DNA of 64,000 nucleotides from the human T2T-CHM13v2.0 reference genome, Homo sapiens. The notes beneath the pieces were generated by a model. That model searched no databases, had not been told where the DNA came from, and was given only the letters and a program-made list of their open reading frames with translations. The stretch lies in assembly GCF_009914755.1 (NCBI RefSeq), contig NC_060925.1; one strand, written 5' to 3'. Position 1 is the stretch's first letter; the number at the start of each line of letters is the position of its first letter. Shown here in pieces: positions 32,157 to 47,394 of this stretch. The position numbers and the translations under genes were made by a program.

Positions 32157-32210
32157 TCATGCCTCTTTCTCATAAGTGCGAGTGCAAACTGCAGTGCCGT
32201 GGGTGAGTGT
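32157..32210 (-). CDS. FABP3: FABP3 exon 4: TLTHGTAVCTRTYEKEA*
   Basis: ttccttccag acceptor on - strand; 54 nt including TGA. Confidence 0.98.
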   Translation of the reverse strand, partial: TLTHGTAVCTRTYEKEA

Positions 32211-32329
32211 CTGGAAGGAAAGACAGAGTGAGATGGGGGGTGGAGCCAGGAACACCATTGCGAGCATTCTACCCTCCCTTCCTCCTGATAATTGTCACTT
32301 GAGTACCTACTATGTGCCGGCTATATGTA

Positions 32330-32333
<4 letters not shown>

Positions 32334-32361
<28 letters not shown>
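32334..32361. repeat. (TG)14 microsatellite in FABP3 intron 3
   Basis: Directly visible. Confidence 0.95.
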
Positions 32362-32365
<4 letters not shown>

Positions 32366-33358
32366 CATACATAATTTTTTTTTTCTGATATGCACAGCAA
32401 ATCCTTAAGACAGGCATTGTAATTCTTATTTTAGAGATTTGGAAAAAACGAGCCTTTAGAGAGGAAGTAATTTGGTCAAGATCCTGAGTGTTTTTCCTTC
32501 CCTTATACCATTTGGCTTCCTTCATCCTTAGTGTCTAAGATGGTGCCTGGCATATAGTTGACAAATAGGAAAAATATCCAGAGACTCAGGAAAGGACTGT
32601 GTTTGGCTACTAACTCCAATCCTTCCCTAACTTAGAGTAGTGCCAGGGCCAGAGCCCTGTACCTCCCACTATCCGGTCTGGCATCATAGAGCCAGACCCA
32701 TGGCCTCACCATAGTTCAGCTGCCACTGAGAATTTGGTCCTGCATATCACATCCCCACCAAAGCTAGGCACCTCATTCCAAACTTCAAGGGGACCCCTGT
32801 CCCACATGAGTACAAGAATGCAGTTAACAGGTTATGCTGACCCAAGAAGGTGTGCAGTGAAGATGCCTAGGTGAAAACCTGAGGCCCTGTGGTTAGGCAG
32901 AATCCACAGTTGGCTGCTCTCCCTGGGTCTGGGGGGAATTCAGTCAAGGCTAGATTCTCCAAGTGAAGTCCCCAAGCTTGAACAGATCTGCCAGCCTGGC
33001 TGTGGTACTTCCTACCCAAGCAGTAGTCAAGTAGTTTCAGTAGGCCAGACATAGAAAGCATGAAAATGGGGTAGGACTAGAATGGGGAAGAAAGGACTGT
33101 ACTGTCATTCAGTGTCCCCACCAGTCACGAGCCTGTCCCTGCAAGTGACAATGCAGTCCTAGGGAGGAGAGGAAAGGGAATGCTGAGATAGGCAATGGGA
33201 GCCCCTCCTAGAGGGCCTGGGATCAGATTTGGCCCTGTTTTCTACTTCTTCCTGAGGTGAGGCAAGGTAGAAACACAGGAAGAGCAAACAAAGGACATGG
33301 AGCACCTGCTGTGTTCCTCAATCAGTGATGCTTTGTGCTGTGCATACACTGTCTCTTA

Positions 33359-33886
<528 letters not shown>

Positions 33887-35602
33887 TCAGGCAATCCGCC
33901 TCCCAGCTATCCCTGCAAGACATCTAGTTCACCTCCAGCCTCTGCTCCACTACTGCCTTTCTGGGGAAGAGGCCTTCAGATATTAGGCAAGGAGGGAGAG
34001 GCAGGCAGTATGGTGGAGCCAGAGAGCCTGGCTCTGAGAAGTACCACAAGCCTTCAAGACAGACACTTATCTGTACTCTAGGTGATTCCCGTAGCCTGGT
34101 CCCCTCAGATACAGGTGGGATTTACTAGTCTATCCCTGGGAAAGACTGACTGAGGAGGAGGAGTAGTCCTGAGAATCTTTATCCAGCCTTGTGGTTAGTC
34201 CACATAATGTCTAAAAGACCCTTAGTGATAGGAAGTATTGGATAATTAGACTTCCTGCCCTGTATTCCTACACCTTTTCTTGGTCCACATCATGTGACCT
34301 CTTTAGCCAACAAGAGGGCAGCAACCACAAAGTCCTGTGACTGGATGCCCTTGAAGTGGTTCCTCAGCTCTGGGTGCTGCCAGCATACATACATCAGCTG
34401 GTTCTCATTTGGCAGCTCTTCCAGCTCTCTTTCCTAGGAGTTTGGGGGCCACAAGGCCAGGCTAAGGGATCCTGATGAGCAAGGTGGTTCAGTAGGAGAA
34501 TCTGAGAAGGTTCTGTGTATTGTTTAGGTGATAAGGGGTATGAGGCCTGTCTCTTAGTGTGCTCTTTTTTATCCTTACCTTACTCCTTGTTCTCATTCCC
34601 CTAGTTTTTTTTGCCTACTCAGAGTAGATATTTTTGCCCTAGGCATTCCACAGGGCTATTGTGTTTAATTGGGGTTCTTGCCCCTTGAGAAAGTAGGCAA
34701 GTCCAAGGAGGTATGAGCAGGTGGTGGGGCAGCCACCTTTATCCAAGGTAGACTGCCATCTTTGGGCACCATCCCCAGCTCTGCTGCCAGCCACCTGTGT
34801 GATCCTGTTCTTTCTGGGGACAGCTATGAGGAAGAGGAAACAGCTGATGGGGCTGAATGATAGTGTCATGATAGAACACTGCTATAGGGACACCCTATAG
34901 AGGTCAAAGCCCTTAAGTTCTCTCGCTCCCATGCCTGGCCTGGAAGGCTGAGGCAAGCTGCCAAGACAGCCACTGCAGGGTGATAGAACCCTGGGAGGAG
35001 GGGCTAAGGCTTGGTGGGAAGACACTGCAAACACATTCATGACAAGGTGAATGCCCTATCACGGAACATAGCTCTTCCTGCCTGTCAGCTGGCAACACTG
35101 GAAATAGTTTGTCAGGGTCATTGGCCATGTCTGGGAGTTAGAAGTTGAAGCGGCATCTGAGTAGGTGCTTCTAGTTCCTGGCTGCCTTTTTTGCTGCTGG
35201 AGGTCACAATGACCTCACTCAGTGGAGGGCCCTGACTTCTGGGCATCATTCCTAAAGCACTTCAGGTCACAGCCATGGCCACATAACTCTGCCATCTATG
35301 GAAGGGGAAAGAAACCTAGAGCTACTGCATACCTTGCACAGGGTCACCCAGCTGGAGCTGGAGTAGATACTGAGGTCAGAAGAACATCCTGGCTCTGTGC
35401 TGCCCATTCCGAGGCAGACAATAGATGAATCCCAAGAAGGGAGGGAAGAAAACAAGAGGACAGAACTGACATGTATTTAGCATCAGTGGCATTCCAGCAC
35501 TACACAGGCTTTATGAATCTTGTTTCATTTAAATTCCCCATGATAGTCTGCCCCTCAGGGTGCAATACCAGGGAGCCAAGACTACCAGCCTATTCTCTTT
35601 TA

Positions 35603-35896
<294 letters not shown>

Positions 35897-36087
35897 TCAG
35901 GCCTGGGTATGGGGAAGTGGAGGACTGTATCTTTCAAAGCCTTTGCATGGGAATTTTAAAATTCAGTCTTGCGCTTAGTTCTGTTTGGTGAACACAGATA
36001 ACTGATCCCATTAGATGAGAGATACTTAAGGAACAGCAGTGCCATAGCAAGTCAGTGGCAGAGCTGGGATTAGAATAAGCTACTATT

Positions 36088-36382
36088 GGGCCAAGTGTGG
36101 TGGCTCACGCCTGTAATCACACTTTGGGAGGCCAAGGCAGGCGGATCACATGAGGCCAGGAGTTTAAGACCAGCCTGGCCAATATGGTGAAACCCGTCTC
36201 TACTAAAAATACAAAAAATTAGCCAGATGTGGTGGTATGTGCCTGTAATCCCAGCTACTCAGGAGGCTGAGGCTGAGAATTGCTTGAACCTAGGAGGTGG
36301 AGGTTGCAGTGAGTCGAGATTGTGCCACTGCACTCCAGCCTAGCCAACAGAGTGAGATTCCACCTCAAAAAAAAAAAAAAAA
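36088..36382 (+). mobile_element. Alu SINE in FABP3 intron 1, TSD aagctactatt
   Basis: Full Alu, poly-A, TSD. Confidence 0.93.
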
Positions 36383-39113
36383 GCTACTATTAAGTACTAT
36401 GAGCTTTTTGTGTAGTAAGAACTGTACATGTTATCTCATTTAGTTCTTCCTGTTCTTCTGAAGACTGTTTCCACGTTACAGATACAAAAACAGAGGTAAA
36501 GCCCAGGGTCACAAATCTGAGATTGAAGCCCAGAATTGTCTGAGTCCAGAGCTTGCTTAAGTGCTCAGCTATACTACCTCCCAAGGCTGGAGCATAAGGC
36601 TGCCTTCCAGGGCACCTGAAAAGCTCTCAAAGCCTTAGGAATAAGGCTGAGGAAAGAAGAGAAACATAGACTTTCCCTTCCAAAGCCTTAGGCATAGGAG
36701 TTTTCCAACTTTGGAAGTTTTTACCCTGAAACTAAGAAGTGTTAGTGCTCTTGTCCCTTATACATGGCAACCCATCATTTTCAAAGCCTGTTATCTATGA
36801 TCTAGGAGTTAGGTACAAAGGAAGTATTTGTCCTATTGTGCAGATTCAGGAGGAGCCTAAAGCGGTAGCAACAATGAGTTAGACTCAAACCCGTCTCCTG
36901 ACTCCCAGTCTAAGGCTTTACAGAGACTCTCTTCCTGACCCAAGCATGGCTTCCTTGGGTACTGGGCAAAGTCCTAAGTGTCCTGCAACCAAGTAAAGAA
37001 CAAAGAACTAATCATGACTGCCCCCTCTCCCCCCAGCAGCTTAACATTGAACTGTCTTCCAAGGCAAAGGTGAGGCAGGAGGCAGCCCAGTGTAGTGAGG
37101 TGGTGTGTGTAAAGTCTCCAAATGTACCTGGCTACATAGTGCTTGCTGGAAGCTAGGTACTCTGCACATGCCCTACATGGGTTGTTTTACTTAATGCTTG
37201 TAACAGCCTCGAAGCGTAGATTATCCCCAGTTTACAATGAAGAGTGCGAAGTGTCTTGTCGAAATTCAAAGAGAATAAACTACTGACATAGATTTGAACC
37301 TCGGCTCCAAAACTGTTGACTATTTTCACTGGGCGATTCTGTCCAGCACATACTCAATCCAGGCCAGCAGTTGTGCCTGTGGTCACTGGTACTAGACGGG
37401 ACCTCTTTGCCCCTTGAGAGCCCTAGGTCTACAGCAGGAGGGGCAGGGGCTGCCTCTGCTGTTATGCTGTCAGCCCACCCTTGCTTGGCCAGTGAGGAAC
37501 TTGGCATTGCCCCTTGGTATCAGGATGAGTCAGGCCAATCACACTCCCTTGCACAGAGCAGGACCTTGTCACGGCACTGGGAGCTCTGTTCACTTAGGAT
37601 CTACCCAGAGGTATGGAGTGTTTGAAAAGGAAACCACTGCGGGATGAGTGAGGGTCTGAACCAAGAGAAACTAAGAATATTGAGCTGACAGAATTTAGGA
37701 GACTCAGGGAGATCTGGGTTCTACTTAGAAATGAAGCCAGCACTACTTACTGAGAGCTGAGGAGGGTATTTTCCCAGGCTTTCCATTCCTACGATGAGAA
37801 TGCTGGCTGCCTTAACATAAGCTGCTGAAAGATAACAGGACTTCAGGGAGACCAGCCCGCTGACCCAACTCGGGGCAGAATAAGGGAACAAGAATGGTAA
37901 AGTTGTTGCAGCTCAATTCAAGACTCAGCTCTGGCCCAGCTTTGGAAGGAGGAACTAAATCTGGGCATTCCAACTTCCCAATAGCTGCTGGGCTGTGTTC
38001 GTGGGGGCTGGGGGCTGCTCCTCTAAGAATGACTGCCTGCCTAGAATTACTGGGCATAGCGCCCAAGATAGGGTAGAGGCCATTGAGAGCTTTGACCTCT
38101 CCATCTAAGCCCAAAGCAGTAGAAGAAGGGCTGAGGTCAATCATTAGCTAAGCAGTTTCTACTTTTCTTCCCACTCGCAGGGCCTGTAGGGTAGTGGGAA
38201 GAGCTCTGGGTTACAGATCTAGAAACCTTAGATTTTCATATTGGCTCTGCTGTGGAATTGTTATAATACATTTCTACTCTCCTGGTTTCAGTTTCCCTGT
38301 TGAACTAGATGGTATGGGAATCTCCAAGTTCCTCACCTGTGAGATTCTTTGAATCCTGATTCTTCTCCATCCCAACACCACAGCAGTTCTCCACATCCTC
38401 CTAAACCAGTGATCCTCCCTCCCAGGTCTTGACCTTGCCTTGGGACCCTCTACTGCACATCAGAAGTCCAATGGCTTTCTCTGCCTACCCCTCGCACAGA
38501 TAGGTGAGCCTTGGGTTGCAGGAAAGGCCCAGCTGATCATGGGCCTCTTGCCCCACCCTACCACGAGGCTCACAGACAGTGATGAAGGCCTGGATACATA
38601 GACTGCAGGACAAGGTCAGACTGGCTGGTGAGAAAGGGCATTCTCCAGCAAGAATTCTCTTCCCTAACCAAGCAGAGATGGGGATTGCTGCTTACTGCAG
38701 GTTCCTGTCTTACGTCCTTCTCATATCTGATTCACTGATCCACAGTTTTTTCCCCACTAATCTTTTTCCTCCTAGGTATTTCCTACTTGTTTACATCATT
38801 GTACACTCCCTGGCTGCCCCATTCCCTTTCTGGGTTCAGTCTCCTCCAATTTCTAAACTACCCATGCCCCTGTTCTTTTTCTCCCCTGGCTACACTCCCT
38901 TTCCTGTGATCAGTGTTCTTTATCCAAACCCTCCTCCTACCTCCAAATCACATATCCCTCTTCCTGGAAAGAGCCTCCCACACAGCTGCCTCCTTCCACC
39001 ACCTCCCTACCGTGGTCTCTAACCAGATTTGGACCACCAAAGCCCCCTCTGAACAGGCCCCACCTGCTCTAGGCCAGGCTGCCATCTCCGCGCTCCCCTA
39101 TTCCCCAGTCTTA

Positions 39114-39290
<177 letters not shown>

Positions 39291-39339
39291 CTAGGCTGAG
39301 AGAAGCTACAAGAGAGCAGGCGTGCAAGGGCTCCGACGG

Positions 39340-39430
39340 CGGCTCCCTGCCCGGGCTGCCGCTTTAAATAGCCCTCGCATCACATGAGGAGACGTGGCCC
39401 ACGCCCCCGGCTCCCGAAATAGGAAGCCCC
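39340..39430 (-). promoter_or_regulatory. FABP3: FABP3 core promoter: TATTTAAA box (39363-39370), E-box CATGTG (39381-39386), GC/KLF box (~39397-39408), CArG-like CCTATTTCGG (39414-39423)
   Basis: Motifs read directly, ~85-145 nt upstream of the ATG; TSS inferred near 39340. Confidence 0.85.
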
Positions 39431-40449
39431 AGGCTAGGGCTCACCCAGGAGGGGCTGGTGCGCCCATCCCCCAACCCACCGAGGTGGGTGGGGACCAGCC
39501 AGTGGCGCCCTGCTAGCCTGCGTCAGCGCCAGTGCCTGGCCCCCGAGTCCCTACCCCAGGCTGGTAGGACCTTCTCCCTTTCCTGGCCTCTAGGCACTCT
39601 GGAATCTGAGAAGGAAGCAGCCGACACCAGCCCGAGAGCTAGGGCGCATGCCATGGTGGATATCTTCCCGTCCCCCAGTCCCTCTTTGAGCTTAGCGTCA
39701 GAGCAGAGATGAGACTAGAAAAGCAAAACGCCCTTGGGCTGGTGCCCACGCCGGGGAAAGCTCTGGTTGACTTCTGGCACGGGCATCTGTCCTCGTTTTA
39801 CAAGTGAGGAGTCCGAGGCTCACAGGGGAACTGACAAGGTCTCAAGAAATAGGAGGGGGTGAATGGAGCTCAGATTGCAAGCTTAGTCTAGCGGGCTTCA
39901 GAGCTCGCGCTCTCCCTTCACTCTCACTGCCTGGTGGCGGAGACAGTCACCAGCGGCTCGGTCTGCGGCTGAGCTGACCTTGTCCTCTGCCTGTTTTGAG
40001 CAAAAGCCTGACCCTTCGCGCCCCGCCCGCCTCACACGTGCTTGCCCCTCCCTGCGGAATGTCTCCTGCTGGCCCTCCTCCGTCCCCACCCCACCCCACC
40101 ATCTAGCTCCCCACCCGCCCCTGCAAGTGCTCTGGGCTTTTCCGGTTTCTTCGCACAGCTCCGAGCTTTAGCTCAGGTCGTTCCCAGCTCCTCTCCTGCA
40201 GAAATTCTGCCAATTCGGTCAGCTCTTCAAGGCCCATGGCTGCCTTCCCCACCTGCCGCCCTTTCTTTGGCCTGTGCACACTAGCAAGCCGCCTGCACTT
40301 TTGGGTAATTTGCTGCCTCCTTTCGAGAGCCTGTTGTGCGGTGGTTTGTCACTGTATAGTTTACTAAGCACTTTCAGTAAAAATAAGACCTGCCTTGTCT
40401 TGCTATTTATTGCATGCTGAGGGCTTTGGGTGTATTGTTTCATTGAACT

Positions 40450-40633
<184 letters not shown>

Positions 40634-41519
40634 TAAAGCAAAATCCATGAAGTAGGTGTTACTGTATTATTTTCTCTTTTTAAAAAGGTGAACAAGTTGA
40701 AGCTCTGAGGAGCTCACTCATTAATTCAGCAGTTAATAAAGCACCTACTTTGTGCCAGGCCCTGCTTTGGAGAGAGACAACAGGGAACAAGACACACATT
40801 CACCTCTGGGCAGCCAGACATAAAACTAGCGTGGTGCCTCTAAAGGGAGTCCTGTCCTGTCCTGACCTGAGGGCCCAATGTAGACTTCTCAAAGGAAGTG
40901 AGGTATAAATGAATTTCTGAGGGATGGCAGGAGGCCCTGCACACCAAGGAGTAGTGCCGAACTGAATTTCAGCCAGCAGCAGCCTGTCCAGGGTGGGCCT
41001 GCAGGAGCCAACACAGGAGCCCAGAGGCCTGCCACGTGCGTAGAGTATGGCAGGCCCTCCTTCCTGGGACTCTGTTTCTCCATGTGCAAACCCTGCCTCC
41101 CTTCCCTGGACTGTTCTGAGAACAAGGCCAGGGAGGAAGAGCCCTCTCCCCACCCTAAGATCTTGATTCCTTTGGACGGTCCAGTTGCCAGAAGACTCAG
41201 AGGCTCATTTCTGCCAAAGCTATAGGGACAGGCTTCAGGGCTGGGCATGGAGCCTTGGTGATCTCACTGTTGGAACAGGTGCCAGGAGAGGAGGAGGGGG
41301 AAAAGATGATTTCTGACTCAAGGTCGCAGCCCTCACACATAGGGCCTCCTCTCAAGGACTGTGTGGCCAGGAACTAGAACTGACTCCTTATGTGGCCCTT
41401 GTAATGCAATGATGGAGAGCTGGGGCTGGGCTAATGGCTGCTGGCAGATCTGCGTTCTGATCTGAATTTTGTTGGGTACTAGCTGTGTGGCCTTGGGCAA
41501 TTCACTTAAGCCATTCTGA

Positions 41520-42472
<953 letters not shown>

Positions 42473-43633
42473 GAGATAATACATTTAAATGCTAAGCATG
42501 GTTGACTTACGAAAGTTCACTGCTGCTGCTCCTCCTGCTGCTATTGTTATTGTCTCCAGGGATAGTGCAGACACCTAAGACCTAGTCTGAGCTCTGCCAC
42601 TACCTACTGAGTTAGTTACCTGAGGGAGATTGCTTTGCTTCTTTAATCCTCAGTTTTATTATTTCTGGGACAGGATTAGAAAGGGCTTCAACTGAAAAAG
42701 GGGCTATAGAGGTTTTTCAGAATGGGTTGGGGTGGGGTCACTGCCAGAAAATCCATTTGCTCCCTCTCTTGGGCCTGTCCAAATTGAGCAGCACGGGGCT
42801 TTGAGGAGCTCTACTCGACAAACCTCAGACCAACTACCCTCACTGCCCTTCCCTCACCTCGCCATGGTGCTCAGACCTGGGTCACCGAGGTTAACCCATA
42901 AGCCACACCCCATCTCCTTTCCTCCTGGTTTACACCCTTCTCCCTTCTAAGTATGTACAGTTCTCTCCTCATCCCTCTGATCTACCTGCATCCTCTTCCT
43001 CTGTTATGCTGACTACATTTGGGGAAGAATGTGAGCCCTGTCCCTTTTTGTACTCCTCTGTCTTGCCCTTGGCAGATCCAGATGTGGATATAACATCTGG
43101 CAGGCAGCAAGACCAGCGCCTGCCAAGAACAGCATCTCCCCAGCCCTCATCCTATGGTGAGGTCACTGTTCTATGTTTCCACGGCAACCACAGGCTGGGA
43201 AGATGGAGAAGAGGAGAGATGAGTAACCAGAAGCCAGCCAATGAGATGAGCTGCAGCACCGGATGATCCATGGGGCCATGGGGAGCGGGGACAAGGGAGG
43301 CCTGCTCAGCATGTTCAGCTGTTTCCTGGACCCTCCCTGCCATCTGGATGCCTCCACTAGAGAATGTGCTACTAGCACCAGGAAAGAGCTAGAGGCTGAA
43401 GAAGCTGAGTAGAAGCTCTGCTGACCCAAGAACATGGCCCTCCTTTTTTGCCTCTTCAGGGTCTAAGTCTATGGATGCTGACTACCCCCGCCCCATCCCA
43501 CCCCTAATATCTGCAACTGGGAACTTTTCCCATTTGCTGGGAATGATGGTGGGGCTCTTTCTGCCTCTGCCTGCCATAGAACCAGCAAGTCTTAGACATC
43601 CCTTCTTTTTATGCCCTTGGTCCATGGGGTCTT

Positions 43634-43919
43634 TGTTACCAGAAAGGGGTCCCAATCCAGACCCCAAGAGAGAGTTCTTGCATCTCACACAAGAAAGAAT
43701 TCGGGGCAAATCCGCAGAATAAAGTAAAAGCAAGTTTATTAGAGAAGTAAAGAAATGTCTGTTTAGTAAATTATTAACCTGTTCCCTTAACTCTTAACTG
43801 TAAACATTTTGTGACTAAGAATGTTTCACCTTGTGGGAATGCATCCCAGCCAGGTCTCAGCTTCATTTTATCCAGCCTCTATTCAAGATGGAGTCACTCT
43901 GGTTAGAATGCCTCTGACA
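43634..43919 (-). mobile_element. MER41-family ERV1 solo LTR, internally deleted, TSD tctt
   Basis: TG...CA termini; both ends match recalled MER41 ends (tgttaccagaaaggggtccc; caagatggagtcactctggtt..gcctctgaca); 4-bp TSD. Confidence 0.82.
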
Positions 43920-44823
43920 TCTTCAGATGCAGTGTCTTTGGAAAGAGCCCTGATTCTAAACTCCAGGCCTGCATTTACTAGCTAGAGACCTAGAACAAGC
44001 TCCCTTTCCCCCTTCTGAGTCTTGTTTTCTCCCAAATAGAGGAAGGCCATCAACTTCTCAGGGTTGTTAGGACGATTAAAAGAGATAACAAATGGAAAGC
44101 CTACCGTGCACTAATATTGAAGGAATAGTAACTCCTTTCTCCTTTCCTCCTTCCAGTTCTTTTCCCCGGGATATTTGAGTAAGCCAAGGCCCTTTGAGAC
44201 CCTGAATAAGTAGGAAAGGATTCAAGTATATGGCCAACTCCTCTTCATTGAGGTCACAGAGTGGCCTTCAGATCTTGGACATAAGTTTCCTCATATTTCC
44301 CTTTCTCTCTCTTTAAATATTCATTCATTCTACCAATCTTAATTGAGCACCTCCTATGGCCAGGCACTGTGCTAGGCTCAGTGAGGATCCAGGGTGAACA
44401 GGAGAGCTCCCTGCTCTCACTTAGCTCACAGTGCAGGGGGATTGCAGCTACAGTGGGTGGAGTGTTCTTTCTGCCACTAGGAAATCTGCTTCCTTGTTCC
44501 CCAAGAGTTCCAGATACTGTGGGCTGGAGAGAACAAATGATGGCAGAAGGTAGAGGTTTACTCAACACCAATTTGCTTCTAAGAAACTGCTGCCTGTGGC
44601 AGAATGCTCCCTGAAATGAGAACAATGACCCTCCCTGCCCTGGGGGACAGGGGGTACCTCAGTGGGGAGGGGCAATCTGCCTTCTCAGAAGCCATCCTCT
44701 CCCTGTTGCTGACAGAAGAAAGCCCAGACTGTATAGCCTGGTCTCATCTATTTCCTTGGTCTAATTTGTTGCTGAAATCCTTTTTAAGAAGAGTTTCTGG
44801 CGGAGAATAAGGTATAGTATATT

Positions 44824-44862
44824 GACAAGATCGGGTGCATTCAGGGTGGTATGGTTGTAGAC
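44824..44862 (-). pseudogene. Tailless 5S rRNA retropseudogene (5S nt 1-39)
   Basis: Minus strand GTCTACAACCATACCACCCTGAATGCACCCGATCTTGTC versus 5S GTCTACGGCCATACCACCCTGAACGCGCCCGATCTCGTC (5 differences, 4 at CpG); TSD aggta(t/c)agtatatt. Confidence 0.92.
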
Positions 44863-45477
44863 AGGTACAGTATATTGAATGAATGAACAAATGAGTGAGT
44901 GAAGGAGAGAATCTATCTACCTCCCTAGTTTTAGGGGCTCTGGAGTGAGACTTGGGTTCCAGTCTTGCCATGTGTATACAACAGCTGTGTGACCTCGGGC
45001 AAGTCATGATCTCACTGGGTCTCAGTTTCTAAATCTGCAAAGAGCATTATCACTATTCTCACCTAGCCAGCCTCCCAAGGACTCTGAGAAGCTAGGGGAG
45101 GACAAATTGAGGAATGCAGCACAAAGGATGTTTCTCCAACTCCTGGCCTCAAGCGATCCTCCTGCCTCAGCCTCTCCAGTAGCTGGGACAGGCGTACCTG
45201 GTTTATGTTTTTTCTCTTCCAGCCTCCTTCCTTGGCTGCCTGTGGTCCTTAGCACAAGACCCACTTTCTTTGACATGACCCCATAGCCACAGCCTAAGCA
45301 TCACAGCCCACACACTCTAGCCCCTACCTGCCTCTCCCAGCTTTCCACACACACTGCAGCCATTCTGACCTTTTTGTACCTTGAGGGGACACCATGTTTC
45401 TCTCTTTATGTTTGCCAGCAGTGCTCTTCCTCACCCCTACAGTCTTTTCTTTTTTAAAAAATCTTTATATATATATA

Positions 45478-45763
45478 TTTTTTTAGACAGTCCAGCTCTG
45501 TCACCTAGGCTGGAGTGCAATGGTGCAATCTCGGCTCATTGCAACCTGTGCCTCCCAGGTTCAAGCGATGTTCATGCCTCAGTCCCCTGGGTAGCTGGGA
45601 TTACAGGCATCTGCCACCACACCTGGCTAATTTTTGTATTTTTAGTAGAGATGGGGTTTCACCATGTTAACCAGGCTGGTCTCCAACTCCTGACCTCAAG
45701 TGATCCACCTGCCTCAGCCTCCCAAAGTGCTAGGATTACAGGCATGAACCACCACACCCGGCC
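45478..45763 (-). mobile_element. Alu SINE
   Basis: Antisense Alu consensus. Confidence 0.9.
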
Positions 45764-47047
45764 AACTCCTACTCATTTTTCAGCTTTCAGCATAACTATC
45801 CTGCTTCTGGGTAACACCATCTTCCCTGGCCTTCCCTATCCTGCTTTGATGTTTGTTTCAGAGTCTGTCTTTGCCATTACACCGGAGGCCCTTAGAGGGC
45901 TGGGACCCAGTCTGTGTTGCTTCTTGCTGTGCACAGGACCTGGCATGTATTTGTGGAGTGGACAGTCTCTCCAGAGAAAAAGAAAGCCACTTGTTCTTGC
46001 AGTGTTCTCTCTGTTTTGAAATTCTGACACCATCACCATCTCCTCCACTACTCTCAACTTTCCTCCTGCCAAAGTATCCTGTTTTGTGTCCTCTTTCTCA
46101 CTCCATCCCTGAGGGCCAGTAGCCTGGGCCACTTCCTGTGTGTGGTGGGGCCCCAAGTACTCCCAGGTGAGAATTGCCCTTTGGAAAGCATGAGGGTAGC
46201 CTGGATCTCAACAGCAGCTTTTTTGGGGGGATGGGGCTATTCCCAGAAAGTGATTAAACCAGGCCCCAGACCTGGGGCTGACCCTGGCTCCCTCCTCAAA
46301 CTTCAGTTTCCTTTTCTCTCAAATGAAAAAAAGGTTGCCTCTGCAAAAATCTAAATAGCCTCTAATATTGGATTAGGTAAAGTATAATTAGAAAGGTAAA
46401 CCTTAGGCTTATAAAATGGCACCTCACATCACCATGAGGTCTCAAGCATGTTCATGTGCCATGTGGCCTGGCCTCCATCCCCTCTTCTGGCACCAAACAC
46501 ATGGTCCAGTAGTCATGCCTCATAATGCATTCTATTCAGGAACAGCTTACCCAAGATTGTGGAAGGATTCAAGCAGCTCCCGGAGACCTGACGAGCCTGG
46601 TTGGTGTGGACAGATGCCCACTGTTGTCCCTGGGTGAGGAGAGCTGGCAAGCCATGGCAGGGTGGCTGGCAGGGAGTGTGTCTTGGCCTCAGGAGTCTGA
46701 GGCCAGATGTGTTCCAGGAAGCAAGTACAAAGCCAACACTGTCAGCCTGGCTTGGGCTGAGATCTTGGGAGTTATCCGGGATGGGTTGATGGGGCAGCAA
46801 CCCAGGACTCTATAGTAAACAAAGACACTGGATAGGAAAAGGAAGGAGCCCATTTGCAGGAAGGACTGGGTGGGCTGGGGGTGACCAGGACTGGAGCCCA
46901 GGGTGAAAGATTTCTCCTTGTAAAGGTTGGCGGTGGGAGGACCATGAGGTTAGAGGGATAGGATCAGAGTCAGGAAAAGATAAAGTCAGATGAAGAAGGC
47001 TGTCCTTAGAATGGGATCACCCTGTGCAGGAGTAAAAACAGTCCAGG

Positions 47048-47394
<347 letters not shown>

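Noticed and set aside
38579-39022. 147-aa + strand ORF in FABP3 intron 1
   Set aside because: Low-complexity Pro/Leu/Phe composition from pyrimidine-rich DNA and no recognisable domain
45381-46019. 212-aa ORF and the many similar [18 protein letters not shown] ORFs
   Set aside because: Alu-derived reading frames, often with non-ATG starts, and no gene structure
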